Origin: a bacterium
GTDB lineage: Bacteria; RBG-13-61-14; DATKZS01
Length of the DNA stretch: 64,000 bases
Reading direction: 5' to 3'
NCBI GenBank assembly: GCA_963674965.2
Contig: CAXXFL010000001.1
Coordinates: forward strand, 1,024,001 to 1,088,000
Shown here: in pieces, positions 49,548 to 59,310 of the stretch
How the letters are laid out: every line of letters begins with the position of its first letter
Position numbering within the stretch: the stretch's first letter is position 1
The notes under the pieces: generated by a model
What the model was told of the DNA's origin: nothing
Databases searched by the model: none
What the model saw: the letters and a program-made list of their open reading frames with translations, nothing else
Made by a program: the position numbers and the translations under genes

Positions 49548-52500
49548 ATGGTCATGCTGACAAGGAACAAATGGGCGCTTTGCACGTCCCTCTCGGTCGT
49601 GGTTATCTGGTTGTGCCTCTCGGAAAGGGCGCTGGCCTGGCCCGACTGCAACGCCGACGTGGTGGCCGGCTTCACCCCCTCCGCCGCCGCGACCTTCGGG
49701 CACGCGAACATGCCCGACGTGGTCCTGGGCTGGCCCGGCTCCTCGAGCATCGGAAACGGCTCCATGGACGTGGTCTCCCTCGGGTCAGGAGGAGTCATCA
49801 TCCTCGAGTTCACCGACAATGTCATCGTGGACGGACCCGGCCCCGACTTCATCGTGTTCGAGAACTCCTTTTACGTGACTCCCTATCCCGCCTCCTGCTA
49901 TGACGATTACTACTCCTTCGTCGAGCCCTTTTTCGTCGAGGCGAGCGATGACGGGGTAACCTGGAAGCGGTTTCCCTACGAGGGAACCACCATCGAGCCG
50001 GTTCCGGGCGACAGTTGCTTCAACCTGTTCCCGAGGGACTGGGGATCCATGAGTTCAAAGCCGGTGATCGAAAGGTGCGCCGGACTGGGTGGACTTGGCC
50101 CCTCTTACGACTCTCCGAGGAACCGCATCATCGCCGACGACCTCTCGAGGTGGGACCGGCGCGGCGAGCTGGGGGTTTCCGGCTGGGGCGGAGACGCCTT
50201 CGACCTGGCCGCGGTGGGCCTGTCCCAGGCAAGGTACGTCAGGCTCGAGGCCTTCGAGGTGGCCGTCGACTCCAGCATGGCCAGCTCGGACATAGACGCG
50301 GTGATAGCTCTTCACGCCGCTCCCGCCCCTGGTTCGACCGCGGACTCGGACGGCGACGGGCTGTCCGACGATGAGGAGTCGGCCATGGGCACCGACCCGG
50401 GATCTCCGGACACTGACGGCGACGGCGTCGGCGACGGCGTCGAGGCCGCCTCCTGCCTTTGCCCGCTTATTTACGGCGACACTCTTCTCGGGATCGACGT
50501 GGACGTTCTTACGGGCGACACGGACGCGGACGCCTTCGTGGACTGCTACGACAATTGCCCGGACGTGTCCAACGCCGGGCAGGAGGACGCCGACGCCGAC
50601 TTTTTAGGCGACGCCTGCGAGGCGGCTTACGGCGCGAGCGTCTCGAACCCCGACACCGACGGAGGGGGCATGCTCGACGGGCTCGAGGTCAAGGCCGGCC
50701 TGGACCCGACCAATCCAAATGACGACGTGGTCCCCGGATCGGACTCGGACGGGGACGGGCTGACCGACTACGCCGAGATCAACGTCTACTTCACCGATCC
50801 GTTGGAAAAGGACACGGACGGCGACGGCTTCACCGACTACGAGGAGGAGATACTCTATCCCTGCCTGGACGCGATCGACCCCGACACCGACGGCGATGGA
50901 TTGTGCGACGGCGACGCGGCGGTTTACGACGGCGCGACCCTATTATGCGCCGCGGGCGAGGACTACGACCTGGACGGACAACTCGCGTGCGGGCTCGAGA
51001 CCGATCCCTGCGAAGTCGACACGGACGGCGACGGTCTGGGCGACGGCGACGAGGCCCTTCTCATAGGCACGGACCCCGCCCTTTCCGACACCGACCTTGA
51101 CGGAGTGAAGGACGGCGACGAACACGGCGCCGGCTCGAACCCCATTGACCCGGTCATAACGCCGAGCGTCGAGAAGGTCTCCGGCGAGGCCAGGCTTACT
51201 TACGCGACCGGTTATTCCCGCTATTCGGCGGCGGCCTGGACCGGCTCGGAGTTCGGCGTGACCTGGGAGGACAACCGGGACGGCAACTACGAGATTTACT
51301 TCGCGAGGCTTGACGCTGACGGCGACACCCTTGGCCTCGAGACCAGGCTGACCTTCGACGCCAACTACTCGTACAGGTCCGACGTCGTCTGGACCGGCTC
51401 CGAGTACGGCGTGGCCTGGTACGACCGGCGGGACTCGAGCAATTATGAAATCTACTTCCTCCGGGTCTCGGAGGCCGGGGCCAAGATCGGCTCCGACGTC
51501 AGGTTGACCTTCGACGCCAACTATTCCTATAACCCCTCCCTGGCCTGGACCGGCTCCGAGTACGGCGTGAGCTGGCACGACCGGAGGGACCTGGACTACG
51601 AGATTTACATGGCCCGCATCGGACCGGACGGGGTAAAGATCGGCTCCGACCTGCGCGTCACGGACGACGACGATTATTCGTCCCGCTACTCCTCGCTGGT
51701 CTGGACCGGCTCCGAGTACGGGCTGGCCTGGGAGGATACCAGGTCGGACGGCGACTACGAGATTTATTTCACGCGGGTAACCGCCGAGTTGACCAAGCCC
51801 GGCCCCGACCTTCGCGTCTCCTTCACCGAGGATACCTCGACTTATCCGTCACTTACATGGACGGGAAGCCGGTACGGCGTGGCCTGGCACGACAACCGGG
51901 ACGGCAACTACGAGATTTATTTCGCGTCGGTCGAGGCGGGAGGTCTCACCGCCGGTCCCGAGACTCGGGTCACGCGGGACGGCCAGTCGTCCATGTATCC
52001 GTCCCTGGTCTGGACCGGAAGCGAGTACGGCGTCAGTTGGGACGACAAGCGCGTGGACGGCAAGGACAAGGTCTTTTTCGCCCTGCTCGATGAGGACGGC
52101 GAAAAGATCGGAGCGGCCCACCGCGTGTCCTCCGGCTCGGAGTACGCCAAGCAGTCCGACCTGGTATGGGCCGACGGCAAGTTCGGCGTGGCCTGGGAGG
52201 ACAGCTCCTCGGGCAATTACGAGGTAACCTTCGCCGTCTTCGAGACCGACTCCGACGGCGACGGCCTCCTGGACCTTTCCGGGGAGCCGGTTTACTCGAC
52301 GGACCGCCTGGACTGGGACACGGACGACGACGGCTCGAGGGACGGCGTGGACTGCGACGGAAACAACTCTAATACCTGGGACACCTGCGCCACCTGCGTT
52401 GACGGAGACTCGGACGGATACCTCGAGCTTTGCAACCTTTACGAGGGCATAAACGGTCCCGACTGCGACGACGAGGATATAGACAACTGGGTCACCTGCG

Positions 52501-53525
52501 CCGCGGCCGACGCGGACGGCGACGGATGGTTCGTGGGATGCGACGCCTATGCCACGCGAAACGGTCCCGACTGCGAGGACGGCGACTCGGCCGTCAACCC
52601 GGGCCTTCCCGAGAGCATGTGCGACGGCAAGGACAACGACTGTAGCGCCGGCACGCCGGACGACCTGGACGCCGACTCCGACTCGCTTAACTACTGTACT
52701 GAGCAAGTCCTGGGCACGAGCGACGACGACTGGGACTCGGATGACGACTCCCTGCCCGACGCCTTCGAGGCCGCCAACATGACGGGGCACGGCGAAAACC
52801 TCGACCCGACCTCGTCGGCCGACGGCTGCTCGGCGGACTTTGACGGCGACGGCAACTCCAATTGCCACGAGTATTACAACGGGGCCGACCTATGGGCCGA
52901 GAACGTCCTCGGCGGCGCGGGATGCCGCTGCTGGGCCGACTCCGGCAGCACGGTGGGGGCCGACGGAGTGGTCTCGCCCCTGGACCTCTCGGCCCTGCAA
53001 TCGGTAGTCTCTCTCAAGACGGCCGTCTACACGGGAGTGCTGCCGCCCAACGGCGACACCCAGGAGCTCGACATGGACGAGTTGCCTTCACCCCTGGACG
53101 CCTCCATATTAAAGCAGATGGTGGTGCTGGCCAATACCTCCTCGAACCCGAGCATGCCTGCGGCCCTCTCCCTCGAGGGGGCAACCGTCGTCTCGGCCGC
53201 GGCGGGCGAGACCGTCCGGATTACGGTCCACGTCGTCAACCAGGGAGGAAAGAACACCGCCGGCATCGGCGTGGTCTTCGAGATCGACCCGGCCTCGACT
53301 GGCTCGGGCTTCCTGCTGGGCGGGGAGGGAAACGCGGGAGGCGCTACGCGCTATGACGTTTCCGGACCCATCGCCGAGGGAGGCAAGTCCTCGATCGTGG
53401 TCATGGCCGAGTCGGCCGGCGATATCGTCGTCAACGCGAGCGTGCCCGAGTGCGGCTCGGGGGGCGTGGGAAGATGGGCGCCCTCCATCGAGGTCCAGCC
53501 GCTCCTTACCATACAGGTCCAATAA
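49548..53525 (+). CDS. Large secreted modular protein: BtuH-like N-domain, DxDxDG calcium repeats, 7-repeat propeller, dockerin-like C-terminus
   Basis: VVSLGSGGVIILEF...DGPGPDFIVFEN...GGDAFDL, many DTDGDG repeats, 7x WTGSEYGV, paired DGxxSPLD / DMDxxxSPLD motifs. Confidence 0.8.
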   Translation: MVMLTRNKWALCTSLSVVVIWLCLSERALAWPDCNADVVAGFTPSAAATFGHANMPDVVLGWPGSSSIGNGSMDVVSLGSGGVIILEFTDNVIVDGPGPDFIVFENSFYVTPYPASCYDDYYSFVEPFFVEASDDGVTWKRFPYEGTTIEPVPGDSCFNLFPRDWGSMSSKPVIERCAGLGGLGPSYDSPRNRIIADDLSRWDRRGELGVSGWGGDAFDLAAVGLSQARYVRLEAFEVAVDSSMASSDIDAVIALHAAPAPGSTADSDGDGLSDDEESAMGTDPGSPDTDGDGVGDGVEAASCLCPLIYGDTLLGIDVDVLTGDTDADAFVDCYDNCPDVSNAGQEDADADFLGDACEAAYGASVSNPDTDGGGMLDGLEVKAGLDPTNPNDDVVPGSDSDGDGLTDYAEINVYFTDPLEKDTDGDGFTDYEEEILYPCLDAIDPDTDGDGLCDGDAAVYDGATLLCAAGEDYDLDGQLACGLETDPCEVDTDGDGLGDGDEALLIGTDPALSDTDLDGVKDGDEHGAGSNPIDPVITPSVEKVSGEARLTYATGYSRYSAAAWTGSEFGVTWEDNRDGNYEIYFARLDADGDTLGLETRLTFDANYSYRSDVVWTGSEYGVAWYDRRDSSNYEIYFLRVSEAGAKIGSDVRLTFDANYSYNPSLAWTGSEYGVSWHDRRDLDYEIYMARIGPDGVKIGSDLRVTDDDDYSSRYSSLVWTGSEYGLAWEDTRSDGDYEIYFTRVTAELTKPGPDLRVSFTEDTSTYPSLTWTGSRYGVAWHDNRDGNYEIYFASVEAGGLTAGPETRVTRDGQSSMYPSLVWTGSEYGVSWDDKRVDGKDKVFFALLDEDGEKIGAAHRVSSGSEYAKQSDLVWADGKFGVAWEDSSSGNYEVTFAVFETDSDGDGLLDLSGEPVYSTDRLDWDTDDDGSRDGVDCDGNNSNTWDTCATCVDGDSDGYLELCNLYEGINGPDCDDEDIDNWVTCAAADADGDGWFVGCDAYATRNGPDCEDGDSAVNPGLPESMCDGKDNDCSAGTPDDLDADSDSLNYCTEQVLGTSDDDWDSDDDSLPDAFEAANMTGHGENLDPTSSADGCSADFDGDGNSNCHEYYNGADLWAENVLGGAGCRCWADSGSTVGADGVVSPLDLSALQSVVSLKTAVYTGVLPPNGDTQELDMDELPSPLDASILKQMVVLANTSSNPSMPAALSLEGATVVSAAAGETVRITVHVVNQGGKNTAGIGVVFEIDPASTGSGFLLGGEGNAGGATRYDVSGPIAEGGKSSIVVMAESAGDIVVNASVPECGSGGVGRWAPSIEVQPLLTIQVQ
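51190..52245 (+). repeat. Seven intragenic 153-156 bp repeats (WTGSEYGVxWxDxRDGNYEIYF)
   Basis: Trp codons at 51237, 51390, 51546, 51702, 51858, 52011 and 52167. Confidence 0.9.
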
Positions 53526-53641
53526 TCGGCGAGCGTTACCATGCCAAACCTTCGCCGGAGGGCGCGGCGGCTTCACGGCCGTCGCGCCCTCGACTTTCGG
53601 TCCCTTGACCGCCGCCGGGGCTTCGCGTAAGCTCGGGGACC

Positions 53642-54706
53642 ATGCGGGACGATACTCATGGAGACAAAAACCCCTCGGGCCCTTTGGCGGCCGAGGATGA
53701 GGTACTGTCCGAGCTCGAGCGGGAGGGCGTCAAAAAGCCCCGGACGTGGCAATGGATTCTGCCCTGGCCCATAACGGCGGCCATATTGTGGTGGGTTTTC
53801 CGGGACGTGACCTTCTCGGAGTTCTTTCATGCCTTCCAGAACGCCAGGATCATTCCCATGCTGGCGGCCCTTCTCGGTTTTACCGTCCTGTTCTCCATCC
53901 TCGACGCCGCGAGCTACGGGCTCAGCTTCAAATGGTTCGTGGCCCCCGACTTCACCCGCCGCGAGATGCTGAACATGAGGCTGGGAAGCTATCTTTTAAA
54001 CGTCCTTTACCCGCCCATCATCACCGTGACCAACGTCATATACATGCGGCGTCACAAGGGCGCGCCCGTTACCTGGACCCTGTCGGGGAGCTGGTTCACC
54101 ACCTTCACCGATATCTTCGTCATCATATCCGCGCTCAGCCTGGGCCTTTCCATAAACGCGTTCTGCAAGGCGGCGCCCGAGCTCGATCCCGTCTGGCTCA
54201 TCCCTCTTTGCATACCCTGGCTCATGGCCTACGTCCATTTTAGATACTGGTTTACCGACTCGCGCCATAAGTACCTCACCCGCGTCACCAAAAATCCCCT
54301 GTTTCGCTTCGCCCATCACGCCCAGCCGAGGCAGCATTATATTATCTACGCCATCAGGGCGGCCATGACCGCCGCCGGCATCACGGCCCACTGGATCGCG
54401 CTTTACAGCTTCGGGATCGAGGTCCCCGCGCCGGTCATGATGGTGGCCGCGCCCCTCATCGTGGGCGGTTCCTTTTTGCCCATTTCCGGCGGCGGGTTCG
54501 GCGGCCCCCAACTGCTCGCCTTGATCCTGCTTCCCTACGCCGGGAACGACGAGGCGGTCCTGGCCGCTTACAGCATGTCCTTTTCCGCCTGTTTCACCGC
54601 GGGAAGAGTCATCCTGGGCGCCATTTTCCTGCCGGGATTTCTATCCGACCTTCGCGACCCCCGGCCCCGCCTCACCGTCGATCCCCTCACGGGGGAGGAC
54701 ATATAA
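53642..54706 (+). CDS. Lysylphosphatidylglycerol-synthase TM (flippase-like) membrane protein
   Basis: ILWWVFRDV, about 8 TM helices, LPISGGGFGGPQ. Confidence 0.65.
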   Translation: MRDDTHGDKNPSGPLAAEDEVLSELEREGVKKPRTWQWILPWPITAAILWWVFRDVTFSEFFHAFQNARIIPMLAALLGFTVLFSILDAASYGLSFKWFVAPDFTRREMLNMRLGSYLLNVLYPPIITVTNVIYMRRHKGAPVTWTLSGSWFTTFTDIFVIISALSLGLSINAFCKAAPELDPVWLIPLCIPWLMAYVHFRYWFTDSRHKYLTRVTKNPLFRFAHHAQPRQHYIIYAIRAAMTAAGITAHWIALYSFGIEVPAPVMMVAAPLIVGGSFLPISGGGFGGPQLLALILLPYAGNDEAVLAAYSMSFSACFTAGRVILGAIFLPGFLSDLRDPRPRLTVDPLTGEDI

Positions 54707-55273
54707 ATAACCTCCCCCTTTCCGGGAGATATCTTCCATTCATAAAGACAAAGGTTTACTGGCCATGCTCATTTTCAATCCCGCGACTTACGCCGCGCGG
54801 TTAGTCGCTATCCGCGCTACCCATGATCCAAGTCAGGCCCCGGCGGCTCGGCCCGCCTAGCTCTTTGAAAATCGAATACCGAGGGCGTCCCTCGACCCAT
54901 CCCGCTACGCGGGACCCGCGCGGTTTCTATCAAACCGGACGGGACATCCCTCCGTATACGAGAATGCGGAGAAAATTATGGCGATGGATTACAATATTTC
55001 ATCAAGTGTATGTTCCGTAAAAGACCGGGAGCTTCCCGCGGAACTGAATTCATTCAAAACAATGATCGGCAAGGATAAATATGGATTGACCTTTGATGGG
55101 TAGAGTTGCCTTAGTTTGTTAATACAATTTGAAAGAGGCTCCACTTTTATTAATATTTTCGTAATCGCGGGAGAATGTATTAGGGACTTTGGTTATTTAA
55201 ACTGTCTTGGCCTTATTTTCGTAATAAATTGTTGAGGTATTTAATGAACAGGCCCTTACGGGCTTACTCGCCG

Positions 55274-55603
55274 TCAACCCATATTTTTCCAGGCCTTGGC
55301 CTCCTCGGCGTAAAGGAAAATGTAACGCTCGGAGTTGACGCTGACGGCAACGTCCGCTCCTCTTGACTTGGCGTATATCAGCCATCCGGGCTCGTTCTCG
55401 GAGCAGCAGGTAACGTGGGGGGAGAACTTGCCGCTGTCGCCGTCGTACCAGGCCATGAGCATGGGCTTTTCAAGTACCTTCCCTATCTCGGCCTTGGCCG
55501 CGGCCGAGGCCTTGGCGAAATCCGCCTCATCCTCGGGCAGCGTTATATCCAGGGGATCAGGAAGCATTTCCCTGGTCGGCAGAGCGCAAACGTCGTTTTC
55601 CAT
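55274..55603 (-). CDS. AF1514-like small protein
   Basis: PMLMAWYD...FSP..TCC...PGWLIYAKSRGAD..VSVN..YIFLY. RBS GAGGAG. Confidence 0.7.
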   Translation of the reverse strand: MENDVCALPTREMLPDPLDITLPEDEADFAKASAAAKAEIGKVLEKPMLMAWYDGDSGKFSPHVTCCSENEPGWLIYAKSRGADVAVSVNSERYIFLYAEEAKAWKNMG

Positions 55604-55791
55604 GTCTTACTCCTCTTACAATAATGTAACCATTCAAAACGGCCCTGGCAACGTCCGGGGGCCTTTTCCTATCTGATGGCGAAAGCGTTTAGCGCGTGTA
55701 TGTTCCTCCAGTATAAGAGCGCTCCGACTCTTGACTTTCCCGATAAGGCTGATATAGTAATGTTTCTGGACTTAATGGTCCTTGCTGGAGG

Positions 55792-55867
55792 GCAGGAGTA
55801 GCTCAGTTGGTAGAGCCCCACGTTGCCAACGTGGTTGTCGCGGGTTCGAATCCCGTCTCCTGCTCCA
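55792..55867 (+). tRNA. tRNA-Gly (GCC)
   Basis: 76-nt cloverleaf, anticodon stem CCACG-ttGCCaa-CGTGG, GTTCGAATC T-loop, encoded CCA. Confidence 0.96.
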
Positions 55868-55874
55868 TTTTCTT

Positions 55875-55949
55875 GGCGGCATAGCCAAGTGGTAAGGCGA
55901 TGGTCTGCAAAACCATTATTCACCGGTTCGAATCCGGTTGCCGCCTCCA
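55875..55949 (+). tRNA. tRNA-Cys (GCA)
   Basis: GGCGGCA/TGCCGCC acceptor, ATGGT-ctGCAaa-ACCAT anticodon arm, U discriminator plus CCA. Confidence 0.96.
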
Positions 55950-55992
55950 GAAATAGGAAACAAGCCGCGTGCCCCCCTCATTTATCGCGGTT

Positions 55993-56027
55993 AAAAATCC
56001 GGAAGCTTTCAAGTTTCCGGATTTTTC
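55993..56027 (+). terminator. Terminator after the tRNA pair
   Basis: AAAAATCCGGAAGC-tttcaa-GTTTCCGGATTTTT. Confidence 0.75.
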
Positions 56028-56209
56028 TATGCCCATTTTCATAACCGCTTTCCCAAAGCCCGCCTTTTTCTCCCGAGCTATCGATTACGCCTGACCCGCC
56101 CGCTTTTAATAATCTTCAAAAACGACAGGAAAACCGGTTATCTGCGCCTCGAACCGATTTCATCCGGTACCGGGGGCAAGGCTCGTTACTAAAGTTACGA
56201 AAAGCCTTA

Positions 56210-56238
56210 TTGACATTCCGGCCCCCCGACTCTACCAT
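56210..56238 (+). promoter_or_regulatory. Sigma70 promoter of the L,D-transpeptidase gene
   Basis: TTGACA-N17-TACCAT. Confidence 0.6.
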
Positions 56239-56302
56239 ATTTATCATGACCTGACGGCTGAGTTCAGCGAAAAACAATCAGGGCTCCAGGAGATTTTTTA
56301 AG

Positions 56303-57208
56303 ATGAAACGGATTTTGGCTTTAATATTCGTAGCGTTCGCCCTGTCTTTAACCATGGGCGCGGCCTGTCCCACCGGCAAGCCTCCCCAGGTTTCGAACAC
56401 GGGCCTGGGCGAAGGCCGCGAGATTTACCAAACGGCGGAAGATTTTTTCGAGCAGGGCAATTACGAGGCCGCCATCCAGACCTACCAGGAAGTCCTGGAT
56501 AAATACCCCGGATCGGGATACGCCGACAAGTCCCTTTTCCGTCTCGGCCAGTGCTACTACAAGACCGGAGACTCGGACAAGGCCCTCGAGCAGTTCAAGA
56601 AATACGTGGATCAGCACCGAGACGACTCTCAATTGACCGTGGCTCAGGACTACGTAATAAGCATTACGGAAAAGAAATACCAGGACCTGGCCAGGGACTA
56701 CGAGAAAAACATAAACGGCCTCGAGAGCCAGAATTTCCGCATGGAAATGCTCAACCGGTACCTTCGCCGGTCGGTCGAGGCCGAGACCGTCTACATCGAG
56801 ATCGACCGGGACGCCACCCGGCTCTACGTGAAGCTGGGTTCTCAGACCCTTTACGATTATCCGGTGGTGGTGGGCAAAGGCAAGACCTGGGTCCAGGACT
56901 TTTCCACGCCCAAGGGCATACGGCAGGTCGAGAGCATCATTCCCAAGCCCAAGTGGTACCGTCCCAACTGGTACTGGAAGGAAAAGGGCCTCGAGGTCCC
57001 CGAGGACATCACCATGGAAGAAAGGGCCGTCGAGGGAGCCTTGGGACCGTTCAAGATAGTGCTGGGCGAAGGCTACGCCATCCACGGCACCAGGGCCGGC
57101 AAGATAAGGCCGGGCAAGCTCTCCCACGGATGCATCAGGATGAACAACGCCGAACTCAAGCAACTGGTCAAGATGATCGAGGTGGGAACGCTGGTTTATA
57201 TTTATTAG
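56303..57208 (+). CDS. Lipoprotein: TPR (BamD/CpoB-like) + L,D-transpeptidase (YkuD)
   Basis: GAA-C lipobox, two TPRs (KYPGS, LFRLGQCYY), YPVVVG, TPKG, YAIHGT...SHGCIRM. Confidence 0.9.
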   Translation: MKRILALIFVAFALSLTMGAACPTGKPPQVSNTGLGEGREIYQTAEDFFEQGNYEAAIQTYQEVLDKYPGSGYADKSLFRLGQCYYKTGDSDKALEQFKKYVDQHRDDSQLTVAQDYVISITEKKYQDLARDYEKNINGLESQNFRMEMLNRYLRRSVEAETVYIEIDRDATRLYVKLGSQTLYDYPVVVGKGKTWVQDFSTPKGIRQVESIIPKPKWYRPNWYWKEKGLEVPEDITMEERAVEGALGPFKIVLGEGYAIHGTRAGKIRPGKLSHGCIRMNNAELKQLVKMIEVGTLVYIY

Positions 57209-57225
57209 CGGCCGTTAAAGCCGTC

Positions 57226-57822
57226 TTAGCCCGTTCGCCTTTTCAGTTCTTCTTCCAGTAGCCATATCCTGTCCTGGCCCCAGTAGGTTTTATCCTCGAG
57301 GCGGAAGGTGGGCACGCCCCAGTGGCCTATTGCCTCGAGCCTTTGGTTATTTTCCTCGATCTTTTGGTGGATGGCCTCGTTGGAGACGGCCTCGAGGCAT
57401 TTATCCCAATCGAGTCCCACCGAGTCGGCCACCCTTTTAAGGCCGCGATCACCCGCCACTTTTACGCCCTCGGCCCAGATGGCCCGGCTGGCGGCAAGGA
57501 CGAACTCCTTTTGCTTTCCCTCCCTCGAGGCGTACTCGGCCACGTACAAGCACCTTATAGCCCCCTCTCCCAGGGGGTCGTAAATCCCGCCAAAGGGCAT
57601 GCCGAGTCTCCTGGCCTCACGGGCCGCGTCTCGAAGTATGTAGAGCTTCTTGGCCATGGGAAGGGGCACGCCCCTGGTGACCATGGGTCTTATGCCCCGG
57701 TAAATAAGCTCGATACCGTATTTCTCGGGAAGGGCGAAGGCGCGGGGTCCGGCCAGGTAGGAGTAGGGACTCCTGAAGCTGAAAAAGAACTCGACCGTCA
57801 GAGCTTTGTCCGTCATTTCCAC
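57226..57822 (-). CDS. DsbA-fold HCCA isomerase / GST-kappa family protein
   Basis: FFFSFRSPYSYLA, GHWGVPTF, YWGQDRI. Confidence 0.88.
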   Translation of the reverse strand: MEMTDKALTVEFFFSFRSPYSYLAGPRAFALPEKYGIELIYRGIRPMVTRGVPLPMAKKLYILRDAAREARRLGMPFGGIYDPLGEGAIRCLYVAEYASREGKQKEFVLAASRAIWAEGVKVAGDRGLKRVADSVGLDWDKCLEAVSNEAIHQKIEENNQRLEAIGHWGVPTFRLEDKTYWGQDRIWLLEEELKRRTG

Positions 57823-58508
57823 GCCCTCCTGCCCAGGTAATCAAGACGCTCGGCGATCTGGTCCAGGCGCTCGTGGGCGAAGTACCACTGGCCGTAGACC
57901 AGGGCGGCCGGAGATTCCCAATGGCCTTTTTTCACGAGTCTTTTTTCGTTCTTTCTCACCCTGGCCTCGTAAACGGAAAAATCATCGGGCGGGTCCTGGT
58001 CGAAAGCGTCAAGATATACTTCCGTTATGTTTTCGCGGTTGATGGCGTCATTGCTTTTCCAAATGTAGGACAGGGCCTTCTCGATGAAAAAATATTCGTC
58101 CCCGTCTTCCCGGCCCGCCTCGGCCCAGGCGGCGACAAAGGCCGTCTCCTCACTGGTGGGGGCTTCCTTGCGGATGATCTCCATGCCCAGGCTCGCGGCG
58201 AGACGTCTGGCGTCCTCCATGGCGTAGGCCCGGCGCTTATCCAGGTCGGGGTCGTTCTCGATTCCCCGCCGTACGATGGGATAAAAAGCCGGCTCCACGT
58301 CGCGGTTGGTCAGCATCTTGAATATTTTGGGAACGGCGATGGCGGCGTAAGGGTCGTCGAAGGCAAAGTAGAGCTCGACTTTGCCCACCAGTCCAAGGGC
58401 GCGCTCGAGGGTTGGAACCATTCTGTTTTTCATTTTGATATGGTCGATCTTCAAGATGGTTCTTGGCAGGAGCGCCTTCCCCACGTAGTCGGTAATGGGG
58501 TTTGTCAT
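57813..58508 (-). CDS. Divergent HCCA isomerase / GST-kappa paralog
   Basis: VELYFAFDDPYA, DARRLA, GHWESPA, YFAHERL. Confidence 0.75.
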   Translation of the reverse strand: MTNPITDYVGKALLPRTILKIDHIKMKNRMVPTLERALGLVGKVELYFAFDDPYAAIAVPKIFKMLTNRDVEPAFYPIVRRGIENDPDLDKRRAYAMEDARRLAASLGMEIIRKEAPTSEETAFVAAWAEAGREDGDEYFFIEKALSYIWKSNDAINRENITEVYLDAFDQDPPDDFSVYEARVRKNEKRLVKKGHWESPAALVYGQWYFAHERLDQIAERLDYLGRRAWK

Positions 58509-58521
58509 GTGAGGTACTTCT

Positions 58522-59310
58522 CTATTTCGGCTTTTGGGCCGTCAGTATTAACCTGTTGTTCATAAAACCGTAGTCGCCTGCTTTATGGTGAAAGGACTTG
58601 CCGCCCAGCGTGACGGCGTCCTCGAATCCAGCGGACCGGGCCAGGGCGCGAAGGCCGTCCGCGTCATATGTCCTGATCGCGTAGGTGGCGTCTCGAATGA
58701 TTCCATTCGTCTTACTCATAACCATCTCGCGGGCCTTGATCCGGCCTCTTCCAAGCTCCCGTTTTCTGCACACTACGAGGTCGTCTCCTATCTCGTGCCA
58801 GGAGTCGGGAATAAAACGGTCGCGCACCGCTGACCCGTCGGCCACGTCCAGCACCAGCCATCCGCCGGGCCGGAGCAGCCGGAAGGCCTCCCGGCAAATG
58901 TCCGCGTCCGCCTCGAGCTCGGTCTGGTAGCCCAGGGAGTTGCCGAGAACGAAAACGTGGTCGGCAAAGCCGGACTCGAGGCTCGTGTCCCTGGCGTCGG
59001 CCCGCAAAAACCTTACCCGGCGCCCGCGCTTTTCAGCCTCCCTGGCCCCGCGTTTGATGAGACGGCCCGAGTAGTCAACCACCGTGCATCCCGTGAAGCC
59101 CCTCTCGCAAAGCTCGAGGCTGTGTCTTCCATGGCCTCCGCAGAGGTCAACTATATTATGCTCTTTTTCGGCGGGTACAACCTCGAGAAAAAAATCTACC
59201 TCCCGCCGGGTAACCTCGCGGTCGCATACCGACCGGGCGTCAGTCAGAAGGTACACCTCATCGAAGAGATGCTTCCACCAGTTCGGGTCGACCTCGATCG
59301 CCATCGTCAC
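58522..59310 (-). CDS. Class I SAM-dependent methyltransferase
   Basis: VDLCGGHGRH, VDYS, ADAR, GNSLGY, LRPGGWLVLD. Confidence 0.9.
   Translation of the reverse strand: MTMAIEVDPNWWKHLFDEVYLLTDARSVCDREVTRREVDFFLEVVPAEKEHNIVDLCGGHGRHSLELCERGFTGCTVVDYSGRLIKRGAREAEKRGRRVRFLRADARDTSLESGFADHVFVLGNSLGYQTELEADADICREAFRLLRPGGWLVLDVADGSAVRDRFIPDSWHEIGDDLVVCRKRELGRGRIKAREMVMSKTNGIIRDATYAIRTYDADGLRALARSAGFEDAVTLGGKSFHHKAGDYGFMNNRLILTAQKPK

Noticed and set aside
51190-52245. Periodic DNA repeats as a CRISPR array or DGR template
   Set aside because: In-frame coding repeats with synonymous variation. No cas or reverse transcriptase genes in the window.
55792-56300. tRNA-anchored prophage or island
   Set aside because: No integrase and no duplicated tRNA 3' end seen in the window.
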